Source of the DNA: a virus
Lineage: Duplodnaviria; Heunggongvirae; Uroviricota; Caudoviricetes
Reading direction: 5' to 3' (one strand)
DNA: 64,000 nucleotides
IMG/VR virus record: IMGVR_UViG_3300042914_002848
Part shown: positions 55,649 through 63,900 of the stretch, piece by piece
Layout of the letters: every line of letters starts with the position of its first letter
How positions within the stretch are numbered: position 1 is the stretch's first letter
Position numbers and translations under genes: made by a program
Notes under the pieces: generated by a model
Databases searched by the model: none
What the model was told of the DNA's origin: nothing
The model's input: the letters and a program-made list of their open reading frames with translations, nothing else

Positions 55649-55847
55649 TTTTCTCAATAATGAGACGAACCCGTTCCCTATCAACGGAATCAAATTCAAT
55701 GTCGCTTAATGGCATGCTTTCCAAATACTCATTACAGGCGGCAATAATCCCCTTTTTTGTAGTAAGTGGGTAAATACCATTACGCAACTCATAAAAAGTT
55801 ATACAATATTTGTAAAACTCTTTGATTAAAACTGAATATTTTTTCAT
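55632..55847 (-). CDS. Hypothetical protein
   Basis: 71-aa ORF behind an early promoter. Confidence 0.6.
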   Translation of the reverse strand: MKKYSVLIKEFYKYCITFYELRNGIYPLTTKKGIIAACNEYLESMPLSDIEFDSVDRERVRLIIEKNLTII

Positions 55848-55858
55848 ATCTTTTTTTG

Positions 55859-55956
55859 TTACATAGTAAAGATACTACTAAAACCCCATATTTCCAAGCT
55901 TTTTTCCCAAAAGTTATCCACATTTTAGGGTTAAAAAGTGTCCAATATATTGGACA
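55859..55956 (-). promoter_or_regulatory. Early promoter module with DnaA box and palindrome
   Basis: TTATCCACA 55914; TGTCCAATATATTGGACA 55939. Confidence 0.7.
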
Positions 55957-56043
55957 GTTCTTATTGACCTTGGGTCTGTGAATCTACAATCCCAAAAACC
56001 TCACTTATAACCGAAACAATTCGATATGGGATTATTTTATTTA

Positions 56044-56439
56044 TTATCTACTCAAAAATGATAGTTGAACTTCTTTTAAAAGTTTCCTGCCCAATTTTTT
56101 ATCAGTACGCAAGGTAGATTTGTTTTTTACACTCAATAATGTATTAGCCCTCACCAACTTTTCTATTTCAGTTTCGTTGTAACCCATACTTTTCCACGTC
56201 TCAATTAATTTACTTTCGATACCCCTAAGTTGTTCACTAATCTCATTTTCCATATGAGATTGGTTTATCTTAAAAAAGATATTACCACGCCTTATTTTAT
56301 CCAAAAAAGAATAACCCATACGGGACATGCAAAAGTGTTGGTAAATCTGCCTACGTTGGTTATAATCCATACCTACCATCTTTTTTTCCATAATTTCTAC
56401 CGTTTCTTTGAAACGGTACCTTTTATTATTTGCACACAT
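56044..56439 (-). CDS. Hypothetical protein
   Basis: 131-aa ORF. Confidence 0.6.
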   Translation of the reverse strand: MCANNKRYRFKETVEIMEKKMVGMDYNQRRQIYQHFCMSRMGYSFLDKIRRGNIFFKINQSHMENEISEQLRGIESKLIETWKSMGYNETEIEKLVRANTLLSVKNKSTLRTDKKLGRKLLKEVQLSFLSR

Positions 56440-56547
56440 AGTTTTATTGTTTAATATTTTTTATTTAGTTAGTTATTACAAATATACGAAGTAAATTTTA
56501 ATTTTCCAAATCTCAATAGAAAAATTTACTACTCATATTTGAGGACG

Positions 56548-56709
56548 TTAGTGTTCAGTTTGTTTTCCGCCACATAATAAACATAATGATATTGCGTTAT
56601 TACTACTTATATAACCAGTTCCTTTACAATTAGGACAAACCGAAACACTAACAACAGATATATTCAATTGTTTTCGTCTTTTAAATAAGTTTTTAATAAA
56701 TTTTATCAT
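56548..56709 (-). CDS. Small CxxC...CxxC zinc-finger protein (53 aa), cassette gene
   Basis: MIKFIKNLFKRRKQLNISVVSVSVCPNCKGTGY...CLLCGGKQTEH. Confidence 0.6.
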   Translation of the reverse strand: MIKFIKNLFKRRKQLNISVVSVSVCPNCKGTGYISSNNAISLCLLCGGKQTEH

Positions 56710-56774
56710 TTGTTTTTCATTTTTAAGTTTGTATTCAACTGAATATATCTGAAATATGTTAGTGATAATAAAAA

Positions 56775-57020
56775 TTAAATCAATCCTTGTTTCTTTAACA
56801 TATTTACGATTGCCTCTGCTGCTGCCTTAACTGAATCAGGGTCTTTTTCCATATCACCATCTTTCATAGAATAAGGCACATATCGTAAATATACTTCATC
56901 ATCAATTATATCTTTAATCATATCAATAAGTTCTTGCTCATTTTTACTATCACTAACATCAGATATATTCAAGTTTTCTTGATGTTCGTTGAAACTTTGT
57001 ATGTGTCCTTTACCTTTCAT
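56775..57020 (-). CDS. Hypothetical cassette protein
   Basis: 81 aa, starts inside attC loop (…LNISDVSDS crosses the site). Confidence 0.6.
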   Translation of the reverse strand: MKGKGHIQSFNEHQENLNISDVSDSKNEQELIDMIKDIIDDEVYLRYVPYSMKDGDMEKDPDSVKAAAEAIVNMLKKQGLI

Positions 57021-57091
57021 CTTCGTATTTTATTTTAGTGTATATATTAAAAAAGAAAACCTAAATATATCTGTGGTCGTTATACACAATA

Positions 57092-57307
57092 TTACTTGCT
57101 ATTATTTATGTCGTCTAGGATTTTGTGAAGTCGCTCAACTTCTTCCTTTGTAAAAACAAGCATCCTAAGATTTGTCTTTTCACCATTTACATAAGTATCA
57201 CAAAATCCATTTTCATCTCGTTCACCGCAAGTAATACTATGTATAACAGCAGGTTTAGTTAATTGCTTATCTCTGCTTCTAAATAAGTTTTTAATCCAAT
57301 TAATCAT
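57092..57307 (-). CDS. Hypothetical cassette protein
   Basis: 71 aa, starts inside attC loop (…LTKPAVIHS crosses the site). Confidence 0.6.
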   Translation of the reverse strand: MINWIKNLFRSRDKQLTKPAVIHSITCGERDENGFCDTYVNGEKTNLRMLVFTKEEVERLHKILDDINNSK

Positions 57308-57481
57308 TTGTATTTCAATTTAAGTTTTTTACTAATTTTACGCAACTAACCAAACCTGCGTAACGTTAGAAACAATTATGTCTAACTATTTCTAACAGCA
57401 AATATAAGTAATAAATTTTGATTTTCCGAATCTCCAAAGAAAAATTTACCACTCATATTTGATGGCGTTATGTGTAATAAA

Positions 57482-57658
57482 TTAAAACTTTAACAGCAGT
57501 GCCATTATAGTTAAACTTATTACGCCAATTAATATCATTTTTTTGGCGTGTTTAGCACCAATCATTTTACTTTCAACAAAATCATCTGTTGTCCATAATA
57601 CAAACCCTGCTGATAAAAATAAACACCCAAAAACTAAAAAGAAATTTTGTATAAACAT
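57482..57658 (-). CDS. Small two-TM protein (58 aa)
   Basis: Hand translation MFIQNFFLVFGCLFLSAGFVLW... Confidence 0.5.
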   Translation of the reverse strand: MFIQNFFLVFGCLFLSAGFVLWTTDDFVESKMIGAKHAKKMILIGVISLTIMALLLKF

Positions 57659-57668
57659 ATCGTAAGTT

Positions 57669-57965
57669 TTAATTTAATCGTTCAAAGATATGACCTACAA
57701 ATTCACCCCTCTGGTACTGATAGGTCCCAATGTATTTTCTTTCAATTCCCATATCCTCGTGAATAGTGTGTCCAGTTCCATAAAGCTCAAAGAATCGGTC
57801 CTCCATCTCAGCTTGTGGATTAACTAATGCCCAAATTGTCGGATGGTTATTTTTTTCGTCAGTCTGGATGGTTAAAATCTCTGCGCCCTTTGGCATTTGC
57901 AAAGTAAACTTTTCCTTGAACCCTTCTATAAGGGTTGAAAATTTCCAAATTGTTTTCATATTCAT
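57669..57965 (-). CDS. Hypothetical phage protein
   Basis: MKTIWKF...MPKGAEILTIQ...IWALVNP...GTGH...YIGT...HIFE. Confidence 0.7.
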   Translation of the reverse strand: MNMKTIWKFSTLIEGFKEKFTLQMPKGAEILTIQTDEKNNHPTIWALVNPQAEMEDRFFELYGTGHTIHEDMGIERKYIGTYQYQRGEFVGHIFERLN

Positions 57966-57973
57966 TTTTTTAA

Positions 57974-58050
57974 CTTACATAGTAAAGATACAACAGAAAA
58001 CCCATATTTCCAAGCTTTCAATATTAAATTATCGTTAAGTTTAGGTTAAA
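57974..58050 (-). promoter_or_regulatory. Early promoter module
   Basis: Same repeat. Confidence 0.65.
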
Positions 58051-58051
58051 G

Positions 58052-58549
58052 TTATTCACAAACAAGGTGATTTTTTACCCGTTTTTTAACCACACTACCT
58101 ATCAGTATTTCACCCCGGTCCAACACCTGGTCTAACTCAATCGTTGTCGCATAATAGGATGTAGAACCTGAAGATACCCAGTCACCCTTCTTTAAATTCA
58201 CAAAGAAAACAAACCATTTCATATCCTCCCCACTATCATCATACGAAACTAATAAATAATCCGATTCCCTTTTGGAATATTCTCCCCCCCTCCATACCCC
58301 AACCGTCTTAGCTGTTTTAATCTCCAACGGAACATCCCCTACCCATAAATCAGGTTCACCATCCGTAAAAGGAGAACGGATATTTGGAACGATATCCGAA
58401 AATGTTGCCTCTAAAATATTTGATATGATTTCAGACCGTAATTTCGTAGATAAATGATTGTAATGAACTACGGACTTGAATACCTTTAACCGATTGTTCG
58501 CTTCGGTAAGTACGGCGGGCAGGTGAACCCTAATGTAATCTATTATCAT
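58052..58549 (-). CDS. PD-(D/E)xK restriction-like nuclease
   Basis: ISNILE...GEPDLWVGDVPLEIKT...YLLV. Confidence 0.6.
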   Translation of the reverse strand: MIIDYIRVHLPAVLTEANNRLKVFKSVVHYNHLSTKLRSEIISNILEATFSDIVPNIRSPFTDGEPDLWVGDVPLEIKTAKTVGVWRGGEYSKRESDYLLVSYDDSGEDMKWFVFFVNLKKGDWVSSGSTSYYATTIELDQVLDRGEILIGSVVKKRVKNHLVCE

Positions 58550-58585
58550 ATTGTTTTGTGTATTAATAGAACTATTAGTAAAAGG

Positions 58586-58629
58586 GCTGAGCTAAAAGGA
58601 AAGGAGCTGAGCTAAAAGGAAAAGAGCTG
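58586..58629. repeat. 20-bp tandem repeat (GCTGAGCTAAAAGGAAA(A/G)GA x2)
   Basis: Read directly. Confidence 0.8.
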
Positions 58630-58786
58630 TATTGTATATTATACAAGCTTTTAGGGGAGTATTTCCACAGCCAAAAAAATGACCTCTGCATGAAAACAGG
58701 TACCCCAGCCTATAACACATTAAATTTTTTTTGGGTTTACATTGAAATGCTACCCCCCCCCTGTCATAACACAGCGCTTCCTGCTC

Positions 58787-59098
58787 TTACCGCACTCGCT
58801 TGGATAGCGATTTCCAATCGAATGGTACACCATGAATGGATTCTTCAAAAAACCGTCTTGCTTTTTCTGCTTTTTCTTCATCAGAAAAATGAGTTACAGC
58901 GCTTAGTTTGCTATCTACCACCATCAGTTCAGCAATGGATACTATCTCACCCCCATATTCTTGTTGGTGTTTTTTCTTAAAGTAGTTGATTTTATTAATC
59001 GCTTTAATCTGCTTTAATGGAGTGGATGCTTTAATCAGCTCACCTGTCCAGTATTGGATTTTAGGGATGTACCCTTCCTTATACTTAGTATTTTTCAT
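58787..59098 (-). CDS. Hypothetical protein
   Basis: 103-aa ORF. Confidence 0.6.
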   Translation of the reverse strand: MKNTKYKEGYIPKIQYWTGELIKASTPLKQIKAINKINYFKKKHQQEYGGEIVSIAELMVVDSKLSAVTHFSDEEKAEKARRFFEESIHGVPFDWKSLSKRVR

Positions 59099-59111
59099 TT
59101 CTGATATGTTT

Positions 59112-59354
59112 TTAAATTCCTTTCCACTTTTTTCCTACCATCGTATTAGCGAATCGTTTGTGTTCTTCTACACACCATTGGGTTGATGTGATAGGTGGTT
59201 CGGTAACAGATTTAATGTTAGGGCTGTGTTCTAATCCTAATTTTTTTGGATTTGAGTTTATAGGGTTGTATTTAAAGTCCATTGGTCTTACTATAGTATT
59301 ACTACTACTATATACTCGTTTTCTATTGAATAGGGATTGGATTAGCTTTTTCAT
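59112..59354 (-). CDS. Hypothetical protein
   Basis: 80-aa ORF. Confidence 0.55.
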   Translation of the reverse strand: MKKLIQSLFNRKRVYSSSNTIVRPMDFKYNPINSNPKKLGLEHSPNIKSVTEPPITSTQWCVEEHKRFANTMVGKKWKGI

Positions 59355-59372
59355 TGCTGTTTTTATTTTTGT

Positions 59373-60320
59373 TTAATTCACCTTTTTAGTTGGGATTAGT
59401 ATCATAGCTGCGTCATCTTTGACTAATTCCCAATTATAGTCATTATGAAGGTAGAATGAACGATCACTATTTTCTGTATCACAACCCCTAACTTGAATAA
59501 AATTCTTACATAACCCAAGCGAAACAGCTACATTGTTTGAAACAATGCTATCACATCCATATTGGCGTGTATGCTTTGAGAAATCAAAGTACTTGCTTTC
59601 TTCCGGAAAGCATTCAGAGTGGTTTGCTTTGATTATTGATTTCCATTTATTACAAGCCAATTCATACAACCCACGAATTGCTTCATCGGTAGTTGTCCCA
59701 TCCAACTTAAAGTGTTTGGTGAGATAGTCTTTTTGTGGTGTGGTGGCCGCCTCGTAATATTCATTGAGTAATGTACGATGGATTTGAATTGTTTTTACTT
59801 CGGGGTTTGACATAGGTTTTGTATTTGTAATTTGACGGAATTGTTCTAAGGTAATTTCTTGATAATTTTTGTAATTAGGGTCGTCCCTAACGGCGGCGGC
59901 ATCATCGCTGTAATAACAACTATTATCTGATTGATGCTCTGAGAGCAGCGTATGACCGACCGAGAAGTGGTATCTTAGAAGATATTGAGTAGCGTTTTTT
60001 AGCCTCCAAGCATTGAGTTCTTCGCGGTTTTCTTCGGTGGCTTGGATGTACCATTTTGTGGGGAGTGTGTTCATGTTTTTGGGGTTAGTGATTTGGCGGA
60101 ATTGTTCGAGTGTGATTGGTTGGTGATTAGGGTACTGTTCAATGCAGTCTTCTATGCAGTCTGAAAAGTAGTAACTGCCGTCTGGATGCGAGGACATTAG
60201 GGTAAATCCAATCGTGAATATCTTCCAAGATTTGTCCGCATTTGCCCTCCACCAAGGGTAGAGTTCTGCAAAGTTCTGTTCGGTGGCTTGGATGCACCAA
60301 TGTTCGGGATGTGTGTTCAT
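59373..60320 (-). CDS. Hypothetical protein with two tandem ~85-aa repeats
   Basis: MNT.P..W.IQATE.N..EL..W...ITLEQFRQITN twice. Confidence 0.7.
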   Translation of the reverse strand: MNTHPEHWCIQATEQNFAELYPWWRANADKSWKIFTIGFTLMSSHPDGSYYFSDCIEDCIEQYPNHQPITLEQFRQITNPKNMNTLPTKWYIQATEENREELNAWRLKNATQYLLRYHFSVGHTLLSEHQSDNSCYYSDDAAAVRDDPNYKNYQEITLEQFRQITNTKPMSNPEVKTIQIHRTLLNEYYEAATTPQKDYLTKHFKLDGTTTDEAIRGLYELACNKWKSIIKANHSECFPEESKYFDFSKHTRQYGCDSIVSNNVAVSLGLCKNFIQVRGCDTENSDRSFYLHNDYNWELVKDDAAMILIPTKKVN

Positions 60321-60325
60321 AAGTT

Positions 60326-60493
60326 TTATTTTGCAATTATTACCTGAAGTTTTTCAATACATTTAACACGTGTTGCAACATCGTCAAATTCTTTCACAGC
60401 TTTCTTGGCAGCCATAACCCCACTTGCAACTACATGGTAATTACCGATTCCTCCTCCTGAGGAATTATATGCTTTTATAAGGTAAAGTTTCAT
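60326..60493 (-). CDS. Small hypothetical protein (55 aa)
   Basis: Hand translation MKLYLIKAYNSSGGGIG... Confidence 0.5.
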   Translation of the reverse strand: MKLYLIKAYNSSGGGIGNYHVVASGVMAAKKAVKEFDDVATRVKCIEKLQVIIAK

Positions 60494-60510
60494 AACCTTT
60501 TTATTTTTGT

Positions 60511-61029
60511 TTAATTCTTCTCATGCGAATAGTAGTTATTTCTTTCTAAGAACTCCGACGGAAAATAATCAGACCATTTAAGTCCCATATAATCATACTT
60601 ACTACAAGTATATTGTAGTTTAGGGCAGTGTTCCCCATTCGGGAAAATTATCATCTCTATAGGAACTTTATAAGTACGGGTTGAACCAATTGGACGAACC
60701 ATAACTAATACCCGGCCCATCGCTCGTAGACGGGGTTTTTTAATAACCTCCAAATCTTGTCCAACCAACTTTGGTTCGGTACAAGTAACTATAGTACCCA
60801 CTTTGAGGGTAAATTCCTCACGCCTTTTTTCCATTTCTAGTTTGTATTTCATAGCTGAAATAGTTATATTATGCAAACTAAGAAGTTTATCACTTAAAAA
60901 ATCAAGCTCTTCAGAATCCAGATATTTCAATTTTTCTACGGGTGGTTTATCAGACAGTATGTAATCATACAGAAAATTAGTCTCAGTTAGTACACTTACC
61001 ATCAATGGGAATTTTTCGAATTTGTTCAT
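60511..61029 (-). CDS. Hypothetical protein with SH3/KOW-like domain
   Basis: LKVGTIVTCTEPKL...YKVPIEMI; paralog of 61834..62121. Confidence 0.6.
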   Translation of the reverse strand: MNKFEKFPLMVSVLTETNFLYDYILSDKPPVEKLKYLDSEELDFLSDKLLSLHNITISAMKYKLEMEKRREEFTLKVGTIVTCTEPKLVGQDLEVIKKPRLRAMGRVLVMVRPIGSTRTYKVPIEMIIFPNGEHCPKLQYTCSKYDYMGLKWSDYFPSEFLERNNYYSHEKN

Positions 61030-61035
61030 AATTGT

Positions 61036-61245
61036 TTATTTTGTTACCATTAAAGTTGCTACTACACATTCCATATCGCGAAACATTTTTACGGGCATTA
61101 TAGCCTTCAAATCGTTAGTATCGTAATAGCCCAAATAATTATGATAGTGGGTTGGGAGTTTGATATTTGCGTTCTTACCTGTAATGCGTTCTACATAATT
61201 TACCACCTCTTTGATAATCATGTAATTTCCTTTTTTTAATAACAT
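61036..61245 (-). CDS. Hypothetical protein
   Basis: 69-aa ORF. Confidence 0.5.
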   Translation of the reverse strand: MLLKKGNYMIIKEVVNYVERITGKNANIKLPTHYHNYLGYYDTNDLKAIMPVKMFRDMECVVATLMVTK

Positions 61246-61419
61246 ATCTTTTATTTTATTCTCCGAAAATTAGTAGTAAATAGTAAAACAAAGTGTACCC
61301 ACCAAGCAGAAATAGGTAGCCATATATAACCTCTTTGGGTTCATTTTTCCACATATCCCTTATTTCTTTAAACATCTCTTTCATATCTCTCATTAACTCT
61401 TTCATATCTCTCATTTAAC

Positions 61420-61494
61420 TTACAAAGTAAAGATAGTACATAAAGGGTAAAGTTCCAAGCTTTCTATGTTAAATTTAGGTTAAATTTTTCCACA
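61420..61494 (-). promoter_or_regulatory. Early promoter module (near-identical to 63295)
   Basis: About 70 bp nearly identical to 63295..63369; TTTTCCACA. Confidence 0.7.
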
Positions 61495-61673
61495 TCCTCC
61501 AAAATAAGGCGTTCTAAGGGGTTGGTGTGGTATAATTGAGGGAATGGGATGTACCAATCAAAGTGCGTCCCATCATCATTCCAAAAAGTTATATAAAACT
61601 TACCATTTTTGGGGTTAAAACTGGGTTCTTTGGTGTGATGTTTGGTCTGTAAATTTTCAATAATCAGTTCCAT
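61464..61673 (-). CDS. Hypothetical protein
   Basis: 69-aa ORF, end overlaps a promoter module. Confidence 0.45.
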   Translation of the reverse strand: MELIIENLQTKHHTKEPSFNPKNGKFYITFWNDDGTHFDWYIPFPQLYHTNPLERLILEDVEKFNLNLT

Positions 61674-61833
61674 ACCACTTAACTAACCACAATCTTAATA
61701 GTATCCTTCTTTTTTCGGGACATGGTGTTGGCTAACGCTCGTACACCTGCAAGGGTTGATTTCAACCGATATTGCGAACATTTAAGGGATTTAACAACCT
61801 TACCATTCTGCATCAAATGAACCTCTATCATAA

Positions 61834-62121
61834 TTATTTGGATAAAATTAACATACTCATAGGAACATTATAGCCGGAGAAAGCGCCGTCAGGCCTAACC
61901 GTTGCTTTGGTTCGGCTGATTTTAGTAACCCGCAGGGATTTCCCGGCCAACTTTGGGTGGTTACAAGTAACCATATCACCTACTTTCAACTGCGCACCAA
62001 CCAACTTACTCTCTAGCGCTCGTTTGGATTTCAAAACTGAAATAACCATACTATTTAGGGAACGAAGCTCTTCAGAACTCAATTGGGGGAGGAGGGGGGT
62101 AATCGAACTTAATTTAGTCAT
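61834..62121 (-). CDS. Small SH3/KOW-like early protein
   Basis: LKVGDMVTCNHPKL...VTKISRTKATV...YNVPMSML. Confidence 0.65.
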   Translation of the reverse strand: MTKLSSITPLLPQLSSEELRSLNSMVISVLKSKRALESKLVGAQLKVGDMVTCNHPKLAGKSLRVTKISRTKATVRPDGAFSGYNVPMSMLILSK

Positions 62122-62148
62122 TTTTTAGGGGGTTTATTTCTCAATCAC

Positions 62149-62216
62149 TTACAAAGTAAAGATAGTACATAAAGGCTAATCTTCCAAGCTTTTTATGTTA
62201 AATTATCGTTAAATTT
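62149..62216 (-). promoter_or_regulatory. Early promoter module
   Basis: Same repeat. Confidence 0.65.
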
Positions 62217-62355
62217 ATCATTTGAATAGGGGGGTCAAAAATTGAGCGATTCCCAAAGCGGAGAGGATATTGCCCGCTATGATTAGCAACCAACCGACAA
62301 TCCGCCCAACGAAAAGCAGGATGTCAAAGAGGGATTCTCTGTTCATAACTTATTT

Positions 62356-62499
62356 TTAATCTTCCTCTTCGTCATCATACACTTCCGGAAAGAGTTCTCC
62401 GCAATTTGAACATTCTGTTTCTTCGTGCATACCATGACCGACATGGTCATCTACCATTCCAAATTTTACTTCTGCATCACAGCATTTGCTTAGTATCAT
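62356..62499 (-). CDS. Small zinc-ribbon protein
   Basis: MILSKCCDAEV...ECSNCGE; likely start at 62499. Confidence 0.6.
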   Translation of the reverse strand: MILSKCCDAEVKFGMVDDHVGHGMHEETECSNCGELFPEVYDDEEED

Positions 62500-62518
62500 A
62501 ACTTTTACTTTAAGAATT

Positions 62519-62743
62519 TTAAAAATACCTGATTTCATAGGAATAAAGAGTTCCAAACTCATCATCCTCCATTGTATCCTCCACCACAACCATCGGTTTA
62601 GGTAGGATGTTTTGAAGCTCATACACATTAACCCTGTTCCAATACCCAAAACGGATATATAGGTTACCTTTCCAGTCCCTACAAAGGGCAAACTCACCGA
62701 ATTTCTCTTCTATCTTACGGATATCTGATGATGTAATTCTCAT
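62519..62743 (-). CDS. Hypothetical protein
   Basis: 74-aa ORF. Confidence 0.6.
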   Translation of the reverse strand: MRITSSDIRKIEEKFGEFALCRDWKGNLYIRFGYWNRVNVYELQNILPKPMVVVEDTMEDDEFGTLYSYEIRYF

Positions 62744-62758
62744 ATATAATAGGGGGGT

Positions 62759-62944
62759 TTAGTTTTCGCTGGTGTACCTTATCTGATACACTTGATTAAA
62801 TTTACTGTCAAATGACTTATATACATTGGCCACAGTTAATCCGTTGATTTTTGCTGTATATAGTAGGTTAGCGCAATCAGTTGCTTGAAAAAAATCTACT
62901 TTTTTGTTCAATTTTGTTTCAATAGTGCTCTTCAGGTCTTTCAT
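62759..62944 (-). CDS. Hypothetical protein
   Basis: Likely start MKDLKSTIE at 62944. Confidence 0.5.
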   Translation of the reverse strand: MKDLKSTIETKLNKKVDFFQATDCANLLYTAKINGLTVANVYKSFDSKFNQVYQIRYTSEN

Positions 62945-62954
62945 ACTTTGGGGT

Positions 62955-63281
62955 TTAGAAATTATAATCGTAGTACTTTCGGGGTGAATCACCGATTCTC
63001 CAACCCCTACCTTTAAGGGATGAATTAGATATGGCGGCTTCAAAGGGTTCACCCACTTCAGCGTAGTCATACTCCTGTTCATTCTGATTATAACAGTGTC
63101 CGACAAATCCGCCAGGGATGTACTCCATCTTAGCCTTATTAGGGCCGGCCTCCACAGGCTGAATAATCACTTTCGTTTTACCTTTAATACCGATAATCTT
63201 ACCCACAGGGTTCACATCCGTATAAAGGACCTGATTAATATACTTACCAATCAGAGCGGGGGTTACTTCAAATTTTTTCAT
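62955..63281 (-). CDS. Hypothetical early protein
   Basis: MKKFEVTP...YIPGGFVGHCYNQNEQ...PRKYYDYNF behind an early promoter. Confidence 0.65.
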   Translation of the reverse strand: MKKFEVTPALIGKYINQVLYTDVNPVGKIIGIKGKTKVIIQPVEAGPNKAKMEYIPGGFVGHCYNQNEQEYDYAEVGEPFEAAISNSSLKGRGWRIGDSPRKYYDYNF

Positions 63282-63294
63282 ATCTCTCATTAAC

Positions 63295-63393
63295 TTACAA
63301 AGTAAAGATAGTACATAAAGGGTAAAGTTCCAAGCTTTCTATGTTAAATTTAGGTTAAATTTATCCACATTCTACTGTCCAATTTATTGGACA
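63295..63393 (-). promoter_or_regulatory. Early promoter module with DnaA box and palindrome
   Basis: TTATCCACA 63361; TGTCCAATTTATTGGACA 63376. Confidence 0.7.
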
Positions 63394-63484
63394 CTTTTTT
63401 TATATACACCCCCCCCCATAAAGATACAACAGAAAATCCATATTTCCAAACTTTTTTCAAAAAAAATTTGCCCCCCATTGGGGT

Positions 63485-63900
63485 ACTCTATCTCTTGTAC
63501 TATATAGTACTAGTAGTAGTATATAGGAGATAGAACCCCCCACCCCTTTTTAGCGCCGGAGTTCTTATAGTATATACTATATAGTAGTAGTATATAGTAG
63601 TAGCGCTGGAGTTGATTGGTTGATAATCATCGGATGTGGAGTTCTCTCTCTCTTGTACTATATAGTACTAGTAGTAGTATATAGACACACACACACACAT
63701 ACACATACTAAGCGCTCTCTTAAAGTTCTCTTAACCCTTCTCTTAACCCCTCTCTTATCTATATACTATATAGTAGTAGTATATAGTAGTAGTAGCGCTG
63801 AGAAATAAACCAAAAATAAATTCACCATTGTTATAACACCCCACAACTATATAATAACATTGTATAGTATATACTATATAGTAGTAGTAGTATATAGAGA
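63485..63900. repeat. Low-complexity palindromic repeats (TACTATATAGTA, TAG runs, CA/CT runs)
   Basis: Several copies of (G)TACTATATAGTA(C) followed by (TAG)n; non-coding. Confidence 0.8.

Larger units (their letters stand above)
56478..57473. mobile_element. Integron-like gene cassette array: attC-like hairpins at 56646-56764, 56951-57085, 57241-57371, 57390-57473, plus a degenerate one at 56478-56553
   Basis: Each site is TAAC...imperfect inverted repeat...GTTA, and each cassette's 5' GTTA-core is complementary to its own 3' TAAC-core; no integrase in the window. Confidence 0.7.

Noticed and set aside
38658-63393. Dispersed repeats as IS/MITE ends or CRISPR repeats
   Set aside because: All are in the same orientation immediately upstream of start codons and contain promoter consensus; no transposase or target-site duplications.
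1379-63808. Plus-strand and nested ORFs in the track (e.g. 1379..1693, 1544..1744, 5894..6157, 17792..18187, 30416..30865, 39869..40117, 63620..63808)
   Set aside because: Antisense or off-frame shadows of real minus-strand genes, or low-complexity sequence; no recognisable motifs.
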